64,000 bases of DNA from an uncultured virus (IMG/VR IMGVR_UViG_3300046170_000408). Lineage: Duplodnaviria > Heunggongvirae > Uroviricota > Caudoviricetes. Shown here in pieces: positions 24,956 through 36,528 of this stretch (position 1 is its first letter; each line of letters starts with the position of its first letter). Made by a program: the position numbers and the translations under genes. The notes beneath the pieces were generated by a model. The model saw only the letters and a program-made list of their open reading frames with translations, ran no database searches and was not told the origin of the DNA. The DNA lies in the IMG/VR virus record IMGVR_UViG_3300046170_000408. One strand, 5' to 3'.

Positions 24956-27824
24956 TTATGCAAAGTTACCTGTTGCAATTTCACCTGTATTTAGTACAGT
25001 TACTCTCGATACTAGAATCTCAAGACCTTTAACTGGTTCTACGAATGTATCTAAAATACCCATGTTGTTATCAATAACATCTGTTGTGTTATTTGATGTG
25101 TCCATGATATTCTTATAGTCGTATACACCACCATCTTTTTTCACTGATTCCATGAAGTTATCAGCTAAAGTTTTGATCTCTAATCTAGTTTGAGCACTGT
25201 TGAACTCAAATAGGTAGTTTTTAAGAATTTCAGCTAAACCATCTTCAATATAGATAAGAACTTCTCTTACGTGTGCTGAAGATAAAGCTGATTGAATTCC
25301 TTGTTGTGCAGTTTTATTACCTTTGATTGTTAAACCAACGCCTCTTTCAAATACGATTGGGTTGTAACCAAATGGCTCAAGTACGTCTCTGTCATTCTTG
25401 TCGAATGCAAATTCTAGAGACTGAACACCTGTTCCACCTACAACACCTCTTCTTGGGCCTGCGATGATTGACCATGGTAATGCATCTAAATATTTATCGA
25501 TATAGTTGTTAGATACGTAAGCTGCTGGTGGAATAACTTTAGTTCTACCGTTCTCAATTACATTAAGACCAGGACCGTAGTAGAATGCGTAGTTTGCACC
25601 TTCGTTGATCGATGGTAATGTGTATAATTGAGTTGGGTTATTTTCTAAGTTACCTCCAGTTGCTACGTGATTTACACTAAATCCATAAGGAGCGGTTGAA
25701 TCTTTGAAAGAAGGATTAGTTGATGCTTTAAATTCTTTCACCATTGGTGCATTAAGAATTGCTGAAGCATTTTGTCTTTCCTTACATAGGAATGATAATT
25801 CTTCTTTATTTAAGATACCACCGTTTTCTAATGAACCGAATGTATCAACAACATATCTGAATGTAATGTTATCTTTATCTACTAAAGCGTTACCTAAACC
25901 AGTACCTGGCTTAATTGCTGTTAGTAATTCTGCAATAGATTTTGTAGTTTGAGTTGCTCCTTCTAATGGGAATGTCTTATAGAATCCACCTGCATCCTCG
26001 TATCTCTTAAGAGCATATTCTGGTCTTGAAGATACTGGTCTATGAGTTTCAAATCTATAGTAAGTTGAACCATTTTCAACAGATCTCTTAATTGACTTAA
26101 TTCTAGATAGTTTACCATCATCACCAGGTACATACATACCTACTTTAATTGGTTGGTTACCATTAGAATCTACTGGGAAGTAAACATCACCTGTTTTAGA
26201 GAAGTTAAATCTTCCAGCTTCAGCACCACCAAAATCCCAGCCGTCACCAGCTAATGTTGGGAACATTACTGTTCTTGCATTAGGCTGTAAAGACCATGAT
26301 TTGAATTGGCTAGATACTGCTCTCTGCTTAACTCCTAATGAAGTTAAGTTTGCACCAGCATAATCTGCAGCTAAATCCAACAGAACCTGAAGGAGATACT
26401 GTAGTAATACCTGTTCCTCCGTCTACTGTTACATCATTAATTGCAACATATTCTCCAGCGTTTTCTGATAATAAGAAGTAGTTTCCACCACTCTGTAAGT
26501 TACCATAAGCATAAGGAGCTTCAGATAAAATTAAGTTACCGTTAGCATCTACTGTAATAGTAATTCCATTTTGCCATGTTGCAGCATTTGCATCAGAGAA
26601 TTTCTCGTAAGATTTAGAAATTGGTCCGTTAGCTTCGATAATAATACCTTCGTTAACATTAATTGGAGTAATTCCTGTAATTTTTACATATTCTCCAGTA
26701 ACTGAAGCATTTAAGTACTTTTCGTTATTAAGATCAGCTGCAAAAGTATTAGCATCTAAACCTGTTCCTGTAATAGTCATTACAGAACCATCAACAGCAA
26801 CAATACCTGAAACTGTAGTAAAGTCTAATTCAACATTAGATTTCTCTTGATTAACTTTATGTGATAAAACTTCGTAATCTTGACGAATATCAAAGTTATT
26901 ACCGATTAGATCGATTTGTGGAAGTGCATCTTCTTGTACAGCACAGAATAAACCTGTTCTTCTAGCCTCTAAGTTAATTAGAGTTTCAATGTACATTTGA
27001 TTACCTTCAGCATCAATAAATTCAGGGATTAAAGATAATCCGTTATATTGTGCTAAAAGAGTTACTTCTCTTAAACCTGCAAACTTAGCAAATTCTGATT
27101 TGATTAAACCGTCTGCGTCAAAATAGTTTCCGTAGTTAGGGTCGTTATTTAATTCTTGTGCATCAAACTTACCTTTGAATACAAATACATCTACCATATA
27201 GTCTGAGATATATTCATCAGCGTCGATACCTTCTGGAATACCAGTTTCACCATACCATTCTCTTGCTGTTAATTCAAAACCTCTAGTATCTGCAGCTTGT
27301 CTAATGATAACTGTAATAGGATCTTGTTTGATATTAACAAATGAAATTGCGTGGTTTGTGTCTTCTGCAGATGCAACTAATAATTTTTCATCGTTAGGTA
27401 CCCAGAACTTATCTGTATCAAATACATCTGTAAATTTCTTAGAAGATGCGTTTGAAGCTTGAAGTGTATTAGCTGATAAACCTTCTTGAGATGAGTTAGT
27501 TGCTGGAGAGAAAATTGATACTCTGTCAGCAGCATCATCTGAAGTTAAGTTTAATGCTAAAATCGGACCTCTAGATAGAGCCTCGATAGCTGATCTGTGG
27601 AAATACATTCCTTTCTTTTCTAATGACTTATCTACGCCACCGAAAACTTGTTTGAATTGTTCAACATCTTCTACTAGAACTGGAGTGTTGTATGGACCTT
27701 TTTTAGATCTACCTACAACTAACCTGATAGTCTCAGCAGGAATGTTCACGGTTTGTGATTTGTCAAACTCTAGACGATATACGCCTGAGCTTTTGAACTG
27801 TAGTAATTGAGGACTTAATGCCAT
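24956..27824 (-). CDS. tail sheath protein (gp18-like), split by an apparent +1 indel at ~26374
   Basis: N-part SSGVYRLEFDKS...KGPYNTPV; C-part PWSIIAGPRRG...GNKT...FEFN...DTFVEP. Confidence 0.88.
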
Positions 27825-27880
27825 AATTGTTCGTTATTATTTTTTATTCTTTTATTATATATCCCTGTCTTTCTGCAAAT

Positions 27881-29713
27881 TTATTTAAGCAGGTCATAAA
27901 TATCAAATTGTAAATCTCCTTGTTGGTCACTATCTTTAAATAGTATAGCTTCCATCTTATCGTGAAGATCCGGGTCAATGAAATCTAAGAGCTCCTCTAC
28001 GAAATCTGCGTAATCCGTTGTATTAAAAAATTCTGTTGCAGTAATGCAAGTCATTATCACATCGTCGTTGCCCATTTGGGCTCCATAACTTCCATTTGGT
28101 AAAGTACCAAAAAGACTAGCTTCCGTCACTGTAACTTCATCTGTTAAATCTAATCTATTTATCTTATACAATTTCGCAAAGTTCTGGCAAAAGATAGCTT
28201 TATTGTCAGATTTTAGTTTAATACCTGGTTTTAATGATTTCCCATCATGTCGATGTTTAAATTTAACTACCATTTCATCATCGAAATCATTTCTTTGTGG
28301 AAATATACTTCTTAGGTATTGGAATAGTACTGTACCATAAGTATTATACTCAACAATCATCTTCACATTCTCTGAATAGAATATATCGACCGATAGAGTA
28401 TATAGTACTTTTGCGAAATCTTCAATTACATGTTCATTTGATCTAAATCTACAGACTTGTGTAAATTTAAAAAAATCGTACATTGCACCAGGGTTAACCA
28501 CATTCTTAATTTCTTCATAATTCATTGGATCGACCTGGAATACATTAATTACCGATGAGTCACCACCATTACCTTCTGCAATATCTACTGAGAATACCCA
28601 AAAGTTTTCTGGGTCTCTACAAGTATCAATATCAAAGTCTGGATCCCACTCTAAGAAACCTTTTGTATCAATTGAAATATAATCAAATTCATCAAAGTCA
28701 TGATAAACATAGGGCTTCATTCTCTTTCTCATCTTCTTCATATCGACTGGGTCTAATAGGAGGTTAGATGAGCTGACGAACTCATTTCCATACTGTTTAT
28801 TAAATGCTTCAATTGAACCTAAGTTTGCTAATTCTCTATCATACCAAGCTTCATCTCTATCTGGGTGTTGCCACCAGTCAATTCTTGTTGCTAGATATTC
28901 ATTATCACCTCGATCTGCCGCAGCATAAATTTGATAGAACTTATTAAATCCGTTTGGTGTAGATGTAATTGTTATTCTTGAGACTTTCGACGAGGATAAC
29001 GTAGGATATACGTTCTCGTAAAAAGAATCAGCAATCGATGGATGGACGTGGGCAAACTCATCTAGGTATAGATTATGGATTGTAAAACCAATACCGGATT
29101 TTGCTGTGGTTGATTGTCCTATTAGTCGACAACCATTATCACATCTTACATTCATCACATCATATTTAATAATACCAGGTTTCATAAAGAACGGTAAGTT
29201 CTCAATTACTGTTTTGGCTTTATCAATAATTTCTTTTGTTGAGTCAGATTTGTTGGCAAGTAACAAAGTATTCTTATCCATATTAAATGTCAAATACCAT
29301 GCATTGAAAATAGATGCGGTTACTGTTTTACCCATCTGACGAGATGCTAACACAATATTAAATCTATCATTCTGAAAATTCTTCAACATGGTCTTCTGAT
29401 AATCTCTCAGCTTTACCTGTTGAATACCTTCATCTGTCATTACTACTGCATACTTCTCTGCAAAATAGACAATATCTTTGGCACATCTAGCTAACTCTTG
29501 AATTTCCTCATCAGTATATTCAAATACAATATTACCCTTCTTTAGAAATTGTCTACCCTCGTAGAATGGTAACTTAATCTTAGGGCGATAACCCTGGTCC
29601 ATAGCAACCAACAAGTCGTTGATTTGCCTGGTAGACCAGACAATTCTCTCCGAGGCTGCCTGTGGCCCTTCCTCTTTGGGAATCCATTTATTATCTCCTA
29701 TTCCGTCTGACAT
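27881..29713 (-). CDS. terminase large subunit (gp17)
   Basis: LRDYQ, ASRQMGKT, LYLDEFAHV, ITSTPNG, VDIAEG, DDVIM. Confidence 0.96.
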   Translation of the reverse strand: MSDGIGDNKWIPKEEGPQAASERIVWSTRQINDLLVAMDQGYRPKIKLPFYEGRQFLKKGNIVFEYTDEEIQELARCAKDIVYFAEKYAVVMTDEGIQQVKLRDYQKTMLKNFQNDRFNIVLASRQMGKTVTASIFNAWYLTFNMDKNTLLLANKSDSTKEIIDKAKTVIENLPFFMKPGIIKYDVMNVRCDNGCRLIGQSTTAKSGIGFTIHNLYLDEFAHVHPSIADSFYENVYPTLSSSKVSRITITSTPNGFNKFYQIYAAADRGDNEYLATRIDWWQHPDRDEAWYDRELANLGSIEAFNKQYGNEFVSSSNLLLDPVDMKKMRKRMKPYVYHDFDEFDYISIDTKGFLEWDPDFDIDTCRDPENFWVFSVDIAEGNGGDSSVINVFQVDPMNYEEIKNVVNPGAMYDFFKFTQVCRFRSNEHVIEDFAKVLYTLSVDIFYSENVKMIVEYNTYGTVLFQYLRSIFPQRNDFDDEMVVKFKHRHDGKSLKPGIKLKSDNKAIFCQNFAKLYKINRLDLTDEVTVTEASLFGTLPNGSYGAQMGNDDVIMTCITATEFFNTTDYADFVEELLDFIDPDLHDKMEAILFKDSDQQGDLQFDIYDLLK

Positions 29714-29716
29714 TTA

Positions 29717-30373
29717 TTATTCTTCTGTTGGTTCAACATCCTCAATATCCTCTTCAGCAGCACCATGTATACCTGCTTGAATTGCAGCCATTAAGTCTTT
29801 AGTACCCCTTTGGATATTTTTATTACCAGTGTCTCCACCAGCACCTTCGATTTCAGATTGATTTGCTCTTTGCTGATATATCTCAATATCTCTAGCAATT
29901 CTTTTTGTACCCTCTTCTGCTGCCATTAAATACATGGTCTGAGATTTAATAATATCTAACATTGACTTCTGTAGAGTTGCAAGAACTTCAAACATTCTTG
30001 GTGCTAATTCACCAGAGTCAATTGTTTCTAATAGAGTAGTTAAGGCTTTTTCACCAGCCTGTAATTGATAAATTAGAGAAGACATCGTCATCTCATCCAT
30101 TTGCTTTTTAGCCTTAATATATTCGTCCTTTTCAATAATATCTGCATCGAGATAAAATTTCATAAGAGACGTAATAGTTTTCTGAGCCTTTTTACTAGCT
30201 CCAGCTTTTAGCTCTGTATAATTTACCATCGGAGCTAACGCCGTTGGTTTAGCCTGAATAGGCAGGTCTTTAGGATCGTTTTCAACATCAAGAGGAGAGT
30301 CTCCAATTAATGCATCTAATTCTTGCCTAATATCATCTGCTTGTTCGGCTATTGTTTTTTTCTTTTCACTCAT
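29717..30373 (-). CDS. probable terminase small subunit (gp16-like)
   Basis: Directly upstream of TerL; APRMFEVLATL resembles the gp16 core. Confidence 0.6.
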   Translation of the reverse strand: MSEKKKTIAEQADDIRQELDALIGDSPLDVENDPKDLPIQAKPTALAPMVNYTELKAGASKKAQKTITSLMKFYLDADIIEKDEYIKAKKQMDEMTMSSLIYQLQAGEKALTTLLETIDSGELAPRMFEVLATLQKSMLDIIKSQTMYLMAAEEGTKRIARDIEIYQQRANQSEIEGAGGDTGNKNIQRGTKDLMAAIQAGIHGAAEEDIEDVEPTEE

Positions 30374-30432
30374 AATATGATATTATATTCTATATATCTA
30401 GAAAATAATGTAACAAATTTTGTCTATTATTG

Positions 30433-32394
30433 TTACCTGCTTTGATTATACTTTCTTAATTGAATAGAAGGGATTGCATTATCGATAATCTGAGTTAATC
30501 TATTATCTCTAACGATATATTGTTGTAAAATATTCTTATGCTGATCTTTTCCTACGATTTTTGTATATAGCCTAATATTAGTCATTGCTAATTTACCAGG
30601 CATTAGGGACCATTTTTTTGGAGTTACCCAACCAGCAGGTGAAGTTAGATCTACAGTTTGATCCATTACTTCTGTCATAGTATCAGATACTGACATCTGA
30701 GTTAATGTATTACTCTTGTTATTTAACTTGTAAACATAAGCGCCAGTACTGGTAAATGAATTATTTAGATTGTAAACTATTCCATACCAATTATCATTTA
30801 CTATATTATCTGTAAATGGATATGAAAATACATTGTCATTAATATATGCTTTAACTGATGTTTCATTAACAGTTAATTTAAGTCCTTTTTGATTTTCAAA
30901 TCCATCAAATAAAACTTGTTCTGCAGACCCAGTAGTTAAATTAGGTTTAAACCATGCAGAGAATGCTAAGTTATCTGATGTTTGTAATTGAGAATATTTA
31001 TTATAGACTAGACATTCAATACCTAAATCTTTTACAGAGTTTAAATCATAGTGATTTTTAGAAATAATAGTCCATTTATTTCTAATATCTTTATCAGAAA
31101 TTACAAGGCCATTATGAATTCTATCTCTAATTCCATCGCCTACTTCAGAAAATACTGTTTGATATTGTTCTGGTTTTGTAGATTGTCTATATTCTCCCTG
31201 GATTTCTTCTCCAAGTACTTCTTCCACGCCAGTAAATAATTGATCCATTTCTTGGTCAATTGCTTGGCCTACTACATCATCGCCGACAATACTAGAAGTT
31301 CTCTCTTCATATTTTTTCAACATAACTCTCCAATAAGTCATGTTCTGATTAAATTCATCAGCAAAACTTACAGAAGATACTTCATACATTCTATTCATTC
31401 TAGGAATATACATATAGTCTCTAGGTCTTGGGTGAATACCCTCTCCAAACGCTGATTCCATTTGACCTTTCGTGATATGAATTTCAAAATCTTCAAAGCC
31501 CATACCAAAAATATCATACGTGAACTCTCTAGTTGGCATCTCATTATCTGGTACCACAACTTTTAATTCACCTTGTGCTGCTACATTATATAGTGAGTAT
31601 TCCATTAAGATTACATCTCTAGATCTATTATCTGGTTCTACTCTAAAATATTTTACTGGGTGACCCCACATATTAGCCGATAATTCGCTAATTTCTTCAT
31701 AGATAGCAGTCGGCTTATTTAAGCTATACGGATCGTAAATAGGATCTGAACAATCCACTACAATGTTTGTACACCCCGCAATATAAGGGTCGTTACAATC
31801 TGTACAAATTTGTGGACAAGATTCTATAGTTCCCTGTTCAGTTTCTAATTCAAATGTAACTGATAAAAGACTTAAACTATGAAGACTAGATAATCTATAT
31901 GCTTCTAATCTTACATCAATCCAAAGTGGTTTTGTAGGGTCAAATTCAATACCCATTAAATCTCTTGGGCCGATACCCATTGTAAGTGGTCTTAGCTCTG
32001 ACATTTGGCCACCATCAGATGATATATCATCTTGAGACCATCTAAAATCATAAGTAAAATAATTATCATTATCTGGATATTCATACCACTTTGCAGAGGA
32101 AGCTGTAAATGCGGCTGGTTCAGTAGTAGTAATTGTATTACCATCAATAGTATCTACTGTAAATACTTGAGATCCTACAATAAAATTATTACCAGCACTC
32201 ATAGAAAAATTAGTATTTGTACCTATAATTTGATTGCTACCCTGTACTAATTCTAACGTACCTATTGAATTTGGAGAATTAACACCAACTAAGATATTCC
32301 ATCCAATAACCTTTTTAATGTTAGAGTATGGTTCTTGTAGTTTAGCGAAGAAATAATCTCCGATTGTATCTGCTGTAAAATTTGTTACCGCCAT
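30433..32394 (-). CDS. neck protein (gp14-like) with extra N-terminal and LamG-like C-terminal domains
   Basis: WGHPVKYF...FGMGFEDFEIHITK...PRPRDYMYIPRMNRMYEV; C-term FSAWFKP...WYGIV...IRLY. Confidence 0.7.
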   Translation of the reverse strand: MAVTNFTADTIGDYFFAKLQEPYSNIKKVIGWNILVGVNSPNSIGTLELVQGSNQIIGTNTNFSMSAGNNFIVGSQVFTVDTIDGNTITTTEPAAFTASSAKWYEYPDNDNYFTYDFRWSQDDISSDGGQMSELRPLTMGIGPRDLMGIEFDPTKPLWIDVRLEAYRLSSLHSLSLLSVTFELETEQGTIESCPQICTDCNDPYIAGCTNIVVDCSDPIYDPYSLNKPTAIYEEISELSANMWGHPVKYFRVEPDNRSRDVILMEYSLYNVAAQGELKVVVPDNEMPTREFTYDIFGMGFEDFEIHITKGQMESAFGEGIHPRPRDYMYIPRMNRMYEVSSVSFADEFNQNMTYWRVMLKKYEERTSSIVGDDVVGQAIDQEMDQLFTGVEEVLGEEIQGEYRQSTKPEQYQTVFSEVGDGIRDRIHNGLVISDKDIRNKWTIISKNHYDLNSVKDLGIECLVYNKYSQLQTSDNLAFSAWFKPNLTTGSAEQVLFDGFENQKGLKLTVNETSVKAYINDNVFSYPFTDNIVNDNWYGIVYNLNNSFTSTGAYVYKLNNKSNTLTQMSVSDTMTEVMDQTVDLTSPAGWVTPKKWSLMPGKLAMTNIRLYTKIVGKDQHKNILQQYIVRDNRLTQIIDNAIPSIQLRKYNQSR

Positions 32395-32424
32395 ATTAAA
32401 AGAGTCAAAGCTCTGCTATTTTTA

Positions 32425-33123
32425 TTATATATCTGACTCCCAATCGGTGATTAAAAGAATTTCAGGGTTATCGTTCTCATAGCCCTCTAGTGTTTGAATA
32501 AATGCATTAGTTACTCCTAGTACTTCGGTTGTATTGTTTGCATCTTGATATAAATCTAATGCCCTTAAAAATTCAGCTAGTTTAAAGACTGAAAACTTTT
32601 GATTTAATTTTAGTAAACCAGCTTTTTGTAAAATTATATTTGATAATTTTAATTCATGTTCATTAAATAAGTCAAACATACGAACACTACCTCTAAGGAC
32701 TTTAATATCATACTTGATAGTTTTTACCTGATCTACATTTACAATTCTATTATAGCTTGAATTCTTATTTAGATTAACCTTAATATATTTAAGGTTTTGC
32801 ATAGTCTGTAATATTTGCCAAATAAAATATACAGATGTTGCCTCTTTATGGATATTAACGTCACTAACTGTATGGAATCTATTAAGATCTTTCTTAAATG
32901 CATAATTAAGATATTCTAGCATTCGATCTTTTGTAACTAGCATACTTTCATCACTAGCCGATCTAGCTTTAACGTCTCTATTAATTATTCCCCACAGCTT
33001 TAAGTCAATTGAATTGTACTTGTAAAGTGTGATGTCAATAACTTCTGTAAACCAATCATTTTGTGTAGACATCAATCTGTTGTTCAATTTTTTTAAGATC
33101 TGCATATAAATCCTCTTTGGCAA
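32425..33123 (-). CDS. hypothetical protein
   Basis: ORF; true start probably MSTQNDW. Confidence 0.65.
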   Translation of the reverse strand: MPKRIYMQILKKLNNRLMSTQNDWFTEVIDITLYKYNSIDLKLWGIINRDVKARSASDESMLVTKDRMLEYLNYAFKKDLNRFHTVSDVNIHKEATSVYFIWQILQTMQNLKYIKVNLNKNSSYNRIVNVDQVKTIKYDIKVLRGSVRMFDLFNEHELKLSNIILQKAGLLKLNQKFSVFKLAEFLRALDLYQDANNTTEVLGVTNAFIQTLEGYENDNPEILLITDWESDI

Positions 33124-33484
33124 ATTTTAATAATTCACCGAATTCTCGAGTGCCTATCTCGTTCTTATCCATATATATTTCCACAGCTCTTTCACTGGGA
33201 TTATATTTATCTGCCACAGTTTTCTTAGCCTTTTTAGTTTTAGTATAAAACCATCCAGGGACTGATTTAAACCTAGCAGCGACCATTGACCAACTATCTA
33301 CTACATTTGCACCACTAATTCCATTTACATTAAATAGCTGTGCATTACTTGGATATTTAATAGACATAAAACGATTAATCATAAAATGATGTCGTTTTTT
33401 ATTATGTTGTTTTATTTTCTTATAGGTTGCTGGTTTTGTGAACATAATTTTCACAAAATCAAATAGTTTTGTTTCGTCTAGCAT
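33056..33484 (-). CDS. clamp loader small subunit (gp62-like)
   Basis: FMINRFMS motif, size, proximity to gp44. Confidence 0.6.
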   Translation of the reverse strand: MLDETKLFDFVKIMFTKPATYKKIKQHNKKRHHFMINRFMSIKYPSNAQLFNVNGISGANVVDSWSMVAARFKSVPGWFYTKTKKAKKTVADKYNPSERAVEIYMDKNEIGTREFGELLKFAKEDLYADLKKIEQQIDVYTK

Positions 33485-33513
33485 AATGATTATATGTTAA
33501 TAAGTGGTAAAGT

Positions 33514-33672
33514 TTACTTACACCACTCGAGGAATGCCATATTATATGCTTCCTCATAAGAATATCCTTCTTTTAAAAGTTTATTAGCCCATTTGGTAAC
33601 TTCGGCCTTTAAACCATAAGCATTGGCTTCAGCTAGAATTTCTTCAATTAATAAATGTTCATCTAGAGTCAT
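33514..33672 (-). CDS. 52-aa hypothetical protein
   Basis: MTLDEHLLIEEILAEANAYGLKAEV...AFLEWCK; start overlaps the rnh stop. Confidence 0.6.
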   Translation of the reverse strand: MTLDEHLLIEEILAEANAYGLKAEVTKWANKLLKEGYSYEEAYNMAFLEWCK

Positions 33673-34937
33673 TAGAATAACTTTTTAGTTGGATCTTTTT
33701 TAGTAGATTTCTTTGTCTTTTTACCTACAAGCTTCATAGGAGACTTTGGCTCTTCTTTTGGAATATCCATACCTGCGAATGGGTCTGGTGCAAAGTTAGC
33801 TTTCTTAGCTCCTTCTAGCCAGTCAGTACCTTCAAGTATTTTATCCATTTCCATAATAGACTCTTTGGATTCTATTGCTCCTTCCCAGTCCTTTTCAATA
33901 GCTTCATAGATGGCTTTTAAGATTGGATCTGGAATAGTCTTATTATGTAATAGCATTAATGCTACGTTAGTTGTAAGGTTAGTTTTGATTAAGTTAATTG
34001 AACTATGTCCCACAACTCTATAGATAATATCTGATAAAACATCTTTTGCTTCTGATGAGAATAGAAATTCAACTGTAAAATCTTTATACTCTTTAATAAA
34101 CTGCTTCCAAATAACATCTGCTGTTTTATCGGTAATAGAATAGTTTCTAAGTTTACCATTCTTCATTTCTTTCTGCCATGTAATAACTGACTGAATATTA
34201 TCTGATTTATCACCAACAAGTATTTTCTTAAAGATGAATTCATCACAATCAACCTCTTCAATCTTTACCTTGTTAGCTTTTACCCAGTCCATAATATCAT
34301 TCTGATAGTTATCACGTAACATAGACTGACCGCCCATATTGAATAACATATCATCATTTGAAATTTCTGCAGTAGCTGAAGTAGACATATCCTTTTCGAA
34401 ACCTTTATACGCATAAAGTGTTTTCTTAGTATTGTAATACCAGACAGTATGTGCGTCATTAGTATTTGAATAGTTAACTAATTGGATTAAGTCTCTGTCG
34501 CCTGTCCATACAATACATGATTTACCTCTAGCGTTTAGCATAGTAGACCAACCGAAGATAACATCATCTGCTTCCGCGCCTTGGATCTGGTGTACTGTTA
34601 CACCTTTACCAGCTAGAACTTTTTGAAATTCTTCATAGACTGCATAGACTGATGGCCAGTCTACAGTTTGGTTTTGCTTTCTCGTACCCTTATAGTCTTC
34701 TGCTGGAAATAGATCTTTACGCCAAGACTTTGAATCTACAGCTAAGACTACGTCATCTACAAACATCTTAAGCTTACGCATTTCTGATGCAAAGTCAATT
34801 GCAAGTTTACGCATAAATTGTGCGCGTTGTTTATCATCAGCAAGTAATTTACCTTGCTTTGGTTTCGGTAATACGAATAGTCTACTGAAGACAAAGTAGT
34901 TACCGTCGATTAATAGTGTATGTTTTCCCACTTTCAT
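33672..34937 (-). CDS. rnh: RNase H / 5'-3' flap exonuclease
   Basis: LLIDGN, SWRKD...YKGTR, GAEADD, TGDRDLIQ, GDKSDNI. Confidence 0.92.
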   Translation of the reverse strand: MKVGKHTLLIDGNYFVFSRLFVLPKPKQGKLLADDKQRAQFMRKLAIDFASEMRKLKMFVDDVVLAVDSKSWRKDLFPAEDYKGTRKQNQTVDWPSVYAVYEEFQKVLAGKGVTVHQIQGAEADDVIFGWSTMLNARGKSCIVWTGDRDLIQLVNYSNTNDAHTVWYYNTKKTLYAYKGFEKDMSTSATAEISNDDMLFNMGGQSMLRDNYQNDIMDWVKANKVKIEEVDCDEFIFKKILVGDKSDNIQSVITWQKEMKNGKLRNYSITDKTADVIWKQFIKEYKDFTVEFLFSSEAKDVLSDIIYRVVGHSSINLIKTNLTTNVALMLLHNKTIPDPILKAIYEAIEKDWEGAIESKESIMEMDKILEGTDWLEGAKKANFAPDPFAGMDIPKEEPKSPMKLVGKKTKKSTKKDPTKKLF

Positions 34938-34962
34938 ATCTTATGTTTGTTATGCTTTTCTA

Positions 34963-34996
34963 GTACTAATATACGAAAAATATTTGACATAGAAAA
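34963..34996 (-). promoter_or_regulatory. early-type promoter
   Basis: TTTTCTATGTCA-AATATTT-TTCGTATATTAGTAC. Confidence 0.75.
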
Positions 34997-35012
34997 ATTA
35001 TTTAACACTTTT

Positions 35013-35969
35013 TTAGCCTCTAATTATTCCTTGTATCTCATAAACACAACTTAACATTGTGATTACGGGATCTATTACATGAACTCTCTGCTGTTGGTGT
35101 TTAGCTACAGAAATAATTATCTGTGGGATATGCTTAACCGATTGCAATTGTTCTTGTTGTATATATTCAACAAACTCTTCACCTAACGTTTGTAGAATAT
35201 CGTCTACTCTATTAGAGTGATTACTAACTAGTAGTTGATAGTTTTTAGCTGGATCCGTCTCGTTAAAGATTAATTCAAATACGTCTTTATAGACTGAGTT
35301 AAATCTCTTTACATCTCCAACTGTAATATTATTTGTACCTTGAGTTTTAAACCCTTGTAGTTTGTTAAGCGTCGATCTTAGATCAGGGAAGTTACGCCTA
35401 ACAAATTCTACTAGAGCATCTTTCTCAATTGTCATGTCTTCCTGTTTGCAAATATCATATACTCTACGAATATACTTCTTTGTCAACTCAGTCTCCTCTT
35501 CTTTATCAAAGTCAAAGTTAATGACTTCAAATCTTGATAGGATTGGGTCTGGCAACTTATTAATATAGTTACAAGTTGCGATAAATCTTGAATTGGATGC
35601 AAATTGCTCCATAGTAGCACGAAGTGCTTTAAAGAACTGATCTGATACACCGTCGACCTCATCTAGGATAACCACCTTAAACATTCCAGGCTCGTCCATA
35701 ATTGAGACTGTAGAACAGAAATCTGTAATTCTAGTTCTAATCACATCTACAGAGGTGTCTGTGGACGCGTTAATGTACAAATAAGGTAGTCCAAATTGAT
35801 TGACAACGGCTTTTGCAGTAGAGGTCTTACCTGTTCCTGGTGAGCCTGCAAACAGCATATTCTGGACTAGTCCGTCTTTGAACTTATTCATTACTGCATC
35901 AGGCAGTATTAGTTCTTCTAAATTTTTTGGCCGATACTTTTCGGTAAAGAGTTGGTTTATTGATTGCAT
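35013..35969 (-). CDS. clamp loader large subunit (gp44)
   Basis: EKYRPK, GSPGTGKT, ILDEVD, SRF, FPDLR. Confidence 0.95.
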   Translation of the reverse strand: MQSINQLFTEKYRPKNLEELILPDAVMNKFKDGLVQNMLFAGSPGTGKTSTAKAVVNQFGLPYLYINASTDTSVDVIRTRITDFCSTVSIMDEPGMFKVVILDEVDGVSDQFFKALRATMEQFASNSRFIATCNYINKLPDPILSRFEVINFDFDKEEETELTKKYIRRVYDICKQEDMTIEKDALVEFVRRNFPDLRSTLNKLQGFKTQGTNNITVGDVKRFNSVYKDVFELIFNETDPAKNYQLLVSNHSNRVDDILQTLGEEFVEYIQQEQLQSVKHIPQIIISVAKHQQQRVHVIDPVITMLSCVYEIQGIIRG

Positions 35970-35988
35970 ACAACTTTGAGTTTAATAG

Positions 35989-36017
35989 TTATAGTATCAG
36001 ATGACTAAAATGTTTCA
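35989..36017 (-). promoter_or_regulatory. middle-type promoter
   Basis: TGAAAC-N18-TATAAC. Confidence 0.7.
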
Positions 36018-36033
36018 TAGATAAATATACTAT

Positions 36034-36528
36034 ATGAGTATACGAATTGAGAAGACAGGTGGCCCTTGGCCAGCAAACCGATACGGTATTGTTCTAAAGT
36101 ACTTACCAAGATTCTTAAGAAAGTTTCTAATAACTCAGAGGAATCTTGCTAAATGGTCTGATGATGACCAATTCATGGAATGTGTTTTAAAGATACAGCG
36201 ACCGAATTCTAGAACTAATATTAAGATTTATTGGGATGTGATAAATGATAGAGCAATAGATGAAAAAGGTCTAGAGCGTTCCTATAATACTATTGATTGG
36301 TATTGCGCCATCTCACTTAAACCTATTAGGGCCAGGTTCATGAATTTCGATTTAAAGAATTTCATACACCCTGAATATTACGATGTCTTAGAAGCGCCAA
36401 TGGTGGATAGTCGTATACTTAAATCATCAGTTGACTTTCGCAAGAAATGCAAAAAACTCCTGCTCGCGGAACGAGAGGAGTTTCTTAAACTTGCTAAAAA
36501 GAACGCTAAGTCTAATTTATCTACTTAG
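36034..36528 (+). CDS. hypothetical protein
   Basis: 164-aa ORF, one of the few plus-strand genes; GATAAATA upstream. Confidence 0.65.
   Translation: MSIRIEKTGGPWPANRYGIVLKYLPRFLRKFLITQRNLAKWSDDDQFMECVLKIQRPNSRTNIKIYWDVINDRAIDEKGLERSYNTIDWYCAISLKPIRARFMNFDLKNFIHPEYYDVLEAPMVDSRILKSSVDFRKKCKKLLLAEREEFLKLAKKNAKSNLST

Noticed and set aside
24956..27824. Sheath as two genes, a pseudogene or a programmed frameshift
   Set aside because: A single extra T in a TTT run repairs it; same pattern as the other indels, so most likely an error
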